Of a DNA stretch of 64,000 bases, positions 55,040 through 64,000 are shown in pieces; positions within the stretch are counted from its first letter, which is position 1, and each line of letters opens with the position of its first letter. The notes beneath the pieces were generated by a model. The model had not been told where the DNA came from and made no database searches. It saw only the letters and a program-made list of their open reading frames with translations. This DNA is from Octopus sinensis (lineage: Eukaryota). Position numbers and translations under genes: made by a program. Where the stretch lies: contig NC_043011.1 of the NCBI RefSeq assembly GCF_006345805.1, positions 496,001-560,000 on the forward strand, in the 5' to 3' direction.

Positions 55040-55402
55040 GTGGTTGATGTAACAGGATTAATAGAATAGATGGGAAGAAAAGATTTTATTTAGTACGATA
55101 CATGTTTCGATCCGTTCTGGGTCTCTTCGGGTACATAAATAAATTAAAAAAATAAAAAGTCTCACCGGAGATTTGGTTTTACGTATTGCTAAATGTCCGT
55201 CAACTTTGGGAATGAGTAAAAAACAGAGAAAAGTTTAAACGCGAAAAATTTAGATATGAACGTGAAAATTCTAGTTTAGAGAAAATGACGTAATGAGCCA
55301 TCGCTGTTGTAACTGTTGAGAAAGAAAAGGAAGTAGAAAGGAAGATAATACTTCGACGACAAAAAGAATTTTTGTATTCGTGCTCATACGTACATATATA
55401 TA

Positions 55403-55497
<95 letters not shown>

Positions 55498-56171
55498 GGA
55501 GAGTTTATGAAAAAAACAAAAGATGAAGACGGGTGGTGTACAAAACAAACAGATGTATTAGTATAACGCTCAGGAATAGAAAAAGTCTTTTACGTTTCGA
55601 GCCTACAGAAAGGGACACAGAAAAAAACAAGGAGAGAAACATATATATACACGCACTTATACATTCGCGATCACACACGCACATCCAAGTATATGGGTAT
55701 ATACATGCAACTAGATACACGCGCATACACAACGCACATATTGACGAATACATGCATACATACATATTTGTATAGGAACTCATATATACAGGCACGCACG
55801 CCATTTAAACATAAACATACGCACATAGCATAGATAAATATGTGCATAGATTCGTACGTAAACCGAGATAGCGACGTCTGTGTAACACATGTTAATACAC
55901 TCGCGTATACAAATAAGTACATATATACACGAACATACATACGTATACACATACACACACACACAGATACATTTATGTATGCGTATACAGATATAAACAT
56001 ACGCAAAAGAAAGATAAATAAAACTTTTGGTAACTCGGGTATTAGATCTAATTTCAATCTTAAAGTAATCAATACTGCTATCATCAATACGGATATTCCG
56101 GAGTAAAAAATTTGACGGACATTTAGCGATACGTAAAACCAAATCTATACTGAAACTTTTTATTCATTCAT

Positions 56172-56222
<51 letters not shown>

Positions 56223-56310
56223 TGTACTCGAAGATACCCAGAACGGGTCGAAACATTTATCGTACAACATAAAATCTTTTCCCCATCTATTTTATTAATA
56301 CTGTTATATA
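55040..56310. mobile_element. Foldback element with hammerhead-like motif in arms
   Basis: 55045-55205 inverted at 56110-56308; inferred arm consensus GTAC-CTGAAGA-GACCCAGAACGGGTC-GAAA-CATG-TA. Confidence 0.65.
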
Positions 56311-57102
56311 TGTGTGTGTGTTAAATAAAATGAGACAACAAAGCCAAGGCTGAGTAGAATTTTCAGGACATTTATAAAGAGAAAGTTAGTCTTACAGCTG
56401 TTTCTGGGATATTAGGGATATCCCTTCATCAGAGACGAAGTATTATAGTTAAATAGAGGGAAATATTAGAGTTCAATATGAGCGGTTATTTTGGAAAAGG
56501 AAGCAAATAAGGAGTATAGAGGGAAATAGGAGAATGAATGTAGAAATTAAAATAAAAATGTATTAAGATGTTGTAGTTGCCGTTCCATTATCCAAAGAAA
56601 GTGGTGTGTAGAAGTGGTATAAATGCTTCCTATTTGTGATATGCAAATTCCAATTGGAGTTCATATTTTGTCATCACAAATGGAACGTGTGGAGACGTAG
56701 ATTCCATGTGCCTTTCATTCAAAGGGGTTTTATGGTGTGAATGAAAATTTGAGAATGTGTTGGTAGTATTAAGTGAATAGAGAGGGGAGAAGAGCGGTGT
56801 ATGTTAAAATGAAGGTAGAGGTCACAGGAAAAGGTGAGAAAAGAAGGAAAGAAAGAGAAAGAGAAAATGAAAAGAGAAAGTGAAAAAAGGAGTGTTAGTT
56901 GGTGGTCAAGATATTATGAGGGAGGATAGGAAAGGAGTAAGGGAAGAGTAGGAAGAGATAAGAATGTAAGTAATGAATATGTGTAAGGTGTGTGAAGTGG
57001 GGTGATATGTTAGAATGGCATTAAGGGATGGATCCAGAAAAAGGTATAGGAGGGGTTTTCGTAAAGTGAGTAGTAAACCACAAATTAGAAAGGAAGAATA
57101 AA

Positions 57103-59370
57103 TTGAATGTCAACTTATGGTCCTGTACAAGTGAAGTCATGTGGTCCCATATCTTAAACAACAAAAACTCTTCTTCTTTCCTACAATTCGATATAAATAA
57201 TTACTACTCTTCTATTTCTCCCAAATTTCTTAATCTAGCGTTCCTTCTAGCTAGAAATCTAACTAACCCAACCCCACTAGAAATTAACATAATCCTTAAT
57301 GCCCGTAAAACCCTTATTTCTTTTGTGGACAAACTTCGGTACCGAACCAACCACTATAACTATAACAATAACCAAAGCAAATTATTTCACATTAATATGG
57401 GATCACCCGACTCCACCCAAGTCACCGACCTCTTCAAACTGTACATACCCCACCAGCTCCAAATACATTTACCTAACATCATGGGAGGCTTCTACAGAGA
57501 TGACGCCTTGTTAGTCACCAAGAGCTTAAATAAATCCTTTTTAGAACAAACTAGGAAAGATCTCAACAAATTTTTATCTAGCCTTTATCTATGTATTACT
57601 TTTGAGAATTCCTACAAAACCACTAATTTTCTAGACGTAACTGTAAACTTAGAAACCACCTAATACTCCCCATATCACAAACCTAACCAATATCTTAAGT
57701 ACTTAAACATTAATTCCAATCACTTTAAATCCACTTTTGATAATATAGTTAAGGGTATTTCAATTCGAATATCTGATCTCTCATCTACGCTCCAACTAAA
57801 CCCTCGCACCAGCGGCTTCTCCCAACATATAAAATACATCCTTAATACTAAGCTAAAGCAACATATATCTCAAATCATATCACAACGACAAGCCAACCAC
57901 CAGAATCACAAGAGACCACACATACACAATACTAGAACCCAAAGGAAACCCAGATTAAGACAACTTAGACCTCCCACACATATAACACTACATCAAAAGC
58001 TAAAAAAGCTAAAAAGCTAACGGGCCATATTACACCCCTCTAATTTCTAAAAATATAGATAACACTACCCTTAAGCAACCATAGAAAAAAGCATTGGACG
58101 CTCTCTTCTATGATATACACACCCCTTCTCACCAAACGTTAAAAACTTAGCTGAATCCTTTTTTTAATATACTAGAATCCAACTTCTCTCGTCAACATAA
58201 GTACCACTCCATTTCTAGTAGGTCTAGCTTAAAGCTATCCTACTCCTCCCCGCCCAAATTTGAGTTTATCATAACAGTCTCTGTGGAGGCACAATGGCCC
58301 AGTGGTTAGGGCAGCGGACTCGCGGTCGGAGGATCGCGGTTTAGATTCCCAGACCGGGCATGGTGTGTGTTTATTGAGCGATAATATCTAAAGCTCCACG
58401 ATGCTCCGGCAGGAGTTTGTGGTGACCCTGTTGTACTCTTTCGCCCCAACTTTATCTCACTCTTTCTTCCTGTTTCTTGAGTAACGCTGCGATGGACTGG
58501 CTTCCCGTCCAGCTGGTGGGAACACATACGCCACAGAAACCGGAAAACCGGGCCCATGAGCCTAGTTAGGCTTGAAAAGGGCGAAAAAATAACAGCCTCT
58601 AATTAACGAAAACTTTCTCTCTATTATCAAAACTTGCACTGTAACAACTCTGAATACACGAGGGCCCAACATATACATAGCTCCAATATCGAACCGTATA
58701 CTTTAGTCCACAACAGAAACTCTACCAATCCCACAAACACTAACCAGAATACTTCTACCACAACGACCACCACTATTACATATAGAATAAATAACAACAA
58801 CGATAGAAATAGTAATGATAATTGTAATAATAATATTAATAACATAGACCAATCTACCCCCGTCTTTAACCTCTCATCTGACAATATTACCCCTTCTATT
58901 CCTGAGAATAAGCCCCACAATACACTACTATGTAACTGCCGTCCTGGGACCATCTCTCCTCTACAAAGCCATTGCAGAAGGTCTAATGTAATTTATAAAT
59001 GCACCGTACTCAACAATTACACAATTCTACAACCATATATATAGTATCAACTATAAATTTTAAACAACGATATGCTGTGCATTTCAACTCTTTTAGAAAC
59101 GAGAAACCTAGTAAATCCACAATACTCACCAGTTACATACATCATCTCAAAAATAGAAATATTCCCCACATCTTGTCATGGTCCATAATAGATTAAGGTC
59201 TTCAATACCAAGGTCCAGGCTCAGCCTGTAAGTTATGCCTAAAAGAGGCATTTCACATATTTAAACACAACTTTTCAATACTACTAAATAAATATAACGA
59301 GGCGCTAGGTACATGCCACCACCACTTTTTCCATACCTTCAAATTTTACCACAAATCTAAATGCAATCTA
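57103..59370 (+). pseudogene. PLE polyprotein: RT + C-terminal GIY-YIG endonuclease, 5'-truncated and disrupted
   Basis: FLQFDINNYYSSI, MGSPDS, GFYRDDAL, NFLDVTVNL, PYHKPN (RT); CNCR..PLQSHC..NVIYKCTV, FKQRY..HFNSF, SWSII, CKLCLKE, LLN (GIY-YIG). Confidence 0.85.
58283..58588 (+). mobile_element. SINE family A, full length, with 12-bp TSD, inserted in the PLE
   Basis: ATAACAGTCTCT (58271-58282) / ATAACAGCCTCT (58589-58600); V-domain-like TGCGATGGACTGGCTTCCCGTCCAG. Confidence 0.9.
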
Positions 59371-60622
59371 AATAACCACACATCACATATCCTGAACATC
59401 ACTTAGATAATCCCCAACAACCCTGTTTGACTCTCCAATCTTATTTTAATTGTTTAATACTACGTGTATGGTCATGCATATGCGTACGTATGCGGTTGTA
59501 TGTGCGTATGTATATGTATGTATATATGTGTGTATATGTGTGCGCGTGCGTGTATGTGTGTGTACGTGTGCATGTATACGTGTATGTATGCGCACGTGAA
59601 TGCGTATATGCATGTATTTATGGGTATGCGTGTGTGTGTATATATATGTGTATGTATATGTATGTTTGTATATGCATGCATATGCATGCATGTATATGTA
59701 TGTGTGTGTATATGTATGTGTGTGTATGTGTATATATATGCATGCATGAGTACGGGTTTAAATACACAAGTACGCAGGCCTGTATAATAATGCGGACACA
59801 TATATGTACATATGTGTATATCGATATACACTTCTTTCTTTCTCTCTGATTCTTCTACTCCTCTACCCACACCATCACGTTAGCCAGTAGAATAAACGCT
59901 TAAAGTCTATGTATAGAAACTTGACCATTCTTAATATTTTTCCCTTCTAATTTGTGGTTTACTACTCATTTTACGAAAAACCCCTCCTATACCTTTTTCT
60001 GGATCCATCCCTTAATACCATTCTAACATATCACTCCACTTCACACACCTCATACATATTCATTACTTACATTCTCATCTCTTTCTCCCCCTCCCCTACT
60101 CCTCTCTCATCTTCCCTCATAATATTTTGACCACCAACTAACACTCCTTTTTCACTTTCTTGCACTTTTTCACTTTCTCTTCTTTTCATTTTCTCTTCCA
60201 CTTTCTTTCCTTCTTCTTTTCTCACATTTTCCTTTGACGTCTCTCTTCATTTTAACATGCACCTCTCTTGTTCCCTCTCTATCCAATTAATACTACCAAT
60301 ACATTCTCAAATTTTCATTCACACCATAAGGCCCCTTTGAATGAAAGGCACATGGAATCTACGTCTCCACACTTTCCATTTGTGATGACAAAATATGAAC
60401 TCCAATTGGAATTTGCATACCACAAATAGGAAGCATTTATACCACTTCTACACACCACTTTCCTTGGATAATGGAACGGCAACTATAACATCTATATACA
60501 TTTTTATTTTAATTTCTACATTCATTCTCCTATTTCCCTCTATGCTCCTTATTTGCTTCCTTTTCCAAAATAACTGCTCATATTGAACTCTAATATTTCC
60601 CTCTATTTAACTATAATACTTC

Positions 60623-60670
60623 GTCTCTGATGAAGGGATATCCCTAATATCCCAGAAACAGCTGTAAGAC
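60623..60670 (+). ncRNA. Minimal type I hammerhead motif in PLE arm (mirror at ~56390-56437, - strand)
   Basis: GTCT-CTGATGA-A-GGGATAT(CCCTA)ATATCCC-A-GAAA-CAGCTG-TA-AGAC. Confidence 0.75.
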
Positions 60671-60847
60671 TAACTTTTTCTTTATAAATGTCCTGAAAAT
60701 TTCACACAACCTTTAACATATACGTGCTCATACATGTCCTGCATTAGACTCCTCACTCGTATCATTATCGCACCATGAGTTTAACTACGGTGCTTCCATA
60801 CCACTTAGCGTTACCTGCCACCCTGGATCTTCTGGATACCAATACCT

Positions 60848-60920
<73 letters not shown>

Positions 60921-60934
60921 CTATATATACACAT

Positions 60935-60967
<33 letters not shown>

Positions 60968-61003
60968 CATACATACATAGATACATATATATACATATAT
61001 ATG

Positions 61004-61049
<46 letters not shown>

Positions 61050-61056
<7 letters not shown>

Positions 61057-61625
61057 TGTATATTGTACGCTATTACTCCCATACAATAAATCTGCGAAAC
61101 TTCGTTTCGTTGATAATGTTTTTGCAACTCACGTGGTAATTTTGGAGGGAGATACGATTTCGCATGTCTATATAAATGTAGAGATTCTGGTAGACCATTA
61201 TATCGTTCGGTGTCGCCTGATCGAACCGGTATAGTAGGTGAGTCTTTTTCCCCTAGCATTTCTAGATTTATAGGAAATATTATATTGACAAGGAAATGAA
61301 CCTCTGGTTCTAATCCAGAAACGAATTTCGTCTATAATTAATCCAAATAGGCTGTGATTTCGTTATTTTTCTTTCTCTTTGCCATATACGGGTTGCAAAT
61401 TCTGGTTGTTTGCGGATACTTTTTTACTAGTAGGAGAAATGGTGACCTATTTGGCTGCCATTTCTAATATTTTCGGTATGTGGTTTTGAGCAACTTGTTG
61501 CAATTAACCCTTTATTATAATTAATATAATCCTTACCAAATATGGTCTTTTCCATACCGATAAAACTACTAGGTGAAATTTATTAATTTTATTAAATTAA
61601 TTATATTTCACCCTTTTTGTATAAT
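61050..61625 (+). mobile_element. PLE-type terminal-repeat remnant with decayed hammerhead
   Basis: TTATA-TTGACAA-GGA..TCC-A-GAAA-CGAATTTCG-TC-TATAA at 61280-61337; terminus 61535-61623 resembles 1360-1445. Confidence 0.6.
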
Positions 61626-61956
61626 ACGAACGCAAAAAAAAGGAACAAAAACATGTCCCTTTTCCATTAGCTGGGTTCGAAACGGTGTTCTAGTTGTTCA
61701 GGTCAGTGATATTTCCATTGTCTTGTTAAGGAGCACGGTCATTTATGGCCTTTGGCACTTGATCTCTGGCCCTCTACGGTCACAGAAAGTTTAAAGAAGA
61801 TAAAGTTTTGGAAGGTAAACACGCACTGTTACGTACGGTATGCCTCTCTTTCTGGCTGGACGGCCTCATATATACGGGTAACGCTGAGTTGCGAGGGTGC
61901 AGTCGGAGAGAGAGACGGACAGGAACAGATGCAGTCTGACAGAGACAAACAGGGGC

Positions 61957-61989
<33 letters not shown>

Positions 61990-62119
61990 TACACAGAGTG
62001 AGAGACGGACAACTTAACGACTGGAAAATGATGTAGTGTAATACTGCGCTTAGCCAGCTTTTGCCGAAGTTGCAGACGTAAAAGGAAAGAACTGTTGCCG
62101 GTAAATGTTTTTATGTTTT

Positions 62120-62590
62120 AAAGGAAAACGTGCTTTGTGTTGTTAAATGTGTATTTTTATAAAAAGAAGAAAAGAAAGAGAAAAAGAACCGACTTATTAA
62201 CTGTCTTTTTAAAAGAACAGAAAGAGGAAAAAAGAAGAACTTTGTGTTGTTAAATGTGTTTTTTTAAAGAAAAGAAAGAAAAATCTGAGTTGTCGACTGC
62301 TTTTAAAAGAAAGGGAAAAAAAGAAAAGAAAGAAGCAAAAGGACTGTGTTGTTAAATGGTTTTGAGAAACGAACTTTGCGATGTTAAACGTTTAAAAAAA
62401 ACCCAGAAAACTTTGTGACGTTAAATGTTTGAAAAGAAAAAAAAAATTTGTAACGTTAAATGTTTGAAAAGAAAAAAGAAAAAGAAAAACACCTTTGTGT
62501 TAAAAGTTAAATGTGTTTTTAAAGGAACTAAGGAAAGGAAAAAAGAAGAACTTTCCAAAGAACTATTGTTGTTGAATGTTTTGTTTAAAA
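62120..62590 (+). repeat. Degenerate A-rich minisatellite
   Basis: Recurring CTTTGTGTTGTTAAATGT followed by A/G runs. Confidence 0.6.
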
Positions 62591-62954
62591 AAAAATTTAC
62601 TTTGACTACGCAACGTTTTGTGTGTGTTATTTTTGCTGCTGTTGTTGTTGTTGTTGGCTCTACAGGCTACGTTTCGTTGCTTCACCGTCCGGAGTGGGTT
62701 TCTGGTTTGCTGAGCGTTGTCGCACGTGAGCTTCTCTTGGCCAGCAAACTGCGGGCTGTTTGTGTGGGGACCCGTGGTGACATTGGTGGCCTGCGTGCTG
62801 CGCAACAATATGTATATACTTGATGCAACTCGAAAACCGGGTCACTAATCTGCATTATTACACGGTGGCAGGCATAATTTATTTGCATATTCAAAACGTT
62901 ACCATAAGCAAATGTAAAAGATATATATATATACATAAAGATATAGATATATAA

Positions 62955-63027
<73 letters not shown>

Positions 63028-63281
63028 TAAATATATGAACACACACACGCATTCACACTCTCTCTCACACACACACTCGCACACACACATATACAGGTGA
63101 GTACATAAGTGCAAAACAAACCTTCCCAAATATAATTACATTTAATTTTGAAGAACCGATGATGCTTTAGGGAAATGCACAAGCGCTCATCAATGAGCGC
63201 GTTGCATCTGATTGCAGAACAGCTGTAAGCTAATGAAGTTCATCATATGATTTCTTCTTCCTTTTTCCTTCTAATTTCTCA

Positions 63282-63442
<161 letters not shown>

Positions 63443-63571
63443 TTCTTTCTTTTTATGTATGTATGTATGTATGTATCTATCTATCTATACACTCCCACAT
63501 ACATATATACATACATACATACATGCATACATATATACATACATACATACATACATACATACATACATACA

Positions 63572-63605
<34 letters not shown>

Positions 63606-63619
63606 AACACACACACACA

Positions 63620-63790
63620 TATAGAGTTGAAATTTACAGAAAAACAAAAGACGAAGGCAAGTTTATGAACAACAAGCATGTCTATGTGTTGACGCTCGGG
63701 AGCGTGAGAAAGTCTTTTACGTTTGGAGCCTACGCTCTTCAACAGAAAGTAATAAGAAAAAATAAACTCGGAGAATAAAAAAAAGTTGTG
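63620..63790 (-). mobile_element. PLE-type terminal repeat (same family as 5300-5470)
   Basis: Reverse complement TTGAAGAGCGTAGGCTCCAAACGTAAAAGAC; abuts (TACA)n/(CA)n. Confidence 0.6.
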
Positions 63791-64000
63791 GATTTAGTAG
63801 TCAAGCATGGCGACTGGTTGGAAGAAAAAGAGTTTGACAGGAGCGGTAGAAAAAAGGGGAGATAATGGTGATCCCCAGAAGAAGGTGTATGTGTGTGTGT
63901 GTATGTGAGAATGTGTAAATGTGTGTGTGTGGATAGGGGCTAGTGAAGAAAGAAGGTTAGTCCCTGTTCACGGTGAAGGCGGGAGTCCGGATGGCTCCGT

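Larger units (their letters stand above)
56358..60702 (+). mobile_element. Penelope-like element with inverted ~750-bp terminal arms (decayed)
   Basis: 56358-57095 is the reverse complement of 59940-60702; internal RT and GIY-YIG remnants. Confidence 0.88.

Overview
AT-rich, microsatellite-saturated animal DNA. The SINE/LINE repertoire resembles coleoid cephalopods (Octopus); this is an inference. No host protein-coding gene is supported, and most ORF-track calls are translated (TA)n/(CA)n/(TATC)n repeats. The window is a transposon mosaic. It holds a near full-length but disrupted Tx1/L1-clade LINE plus a 5'-truncated sister, both inside one (ATT)n tract, and a decayed Penelope-like element (PLE; RT + C-terminal GIY-YIG) framed by ~750-bp inverted arms, with further PLE remnants. 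It also holds three Helitron derivatives, a hAT remnant, a deleted mariner, RTE/CR1/R4 LINE fragments, a solo LTR, and many copies of three tRNA-derived SINE families. Two larger signals stand out. (1) A set of short, non-coding, palindromic or foldback elements abuts (TA)n/(TAT)n tracts, and most carry a type I hammerhead-ribozyme motif with a self-complementary stem III and often a long stem II. (2) A ~3.6-kb, highly similar inverted duplication (about 1.9-5.5 kb vs 39.6-42.8 kb) brackets ~34 kb and ends at these same element termini. Two SINE families appear to share 3' tails with LINEs present in the window.
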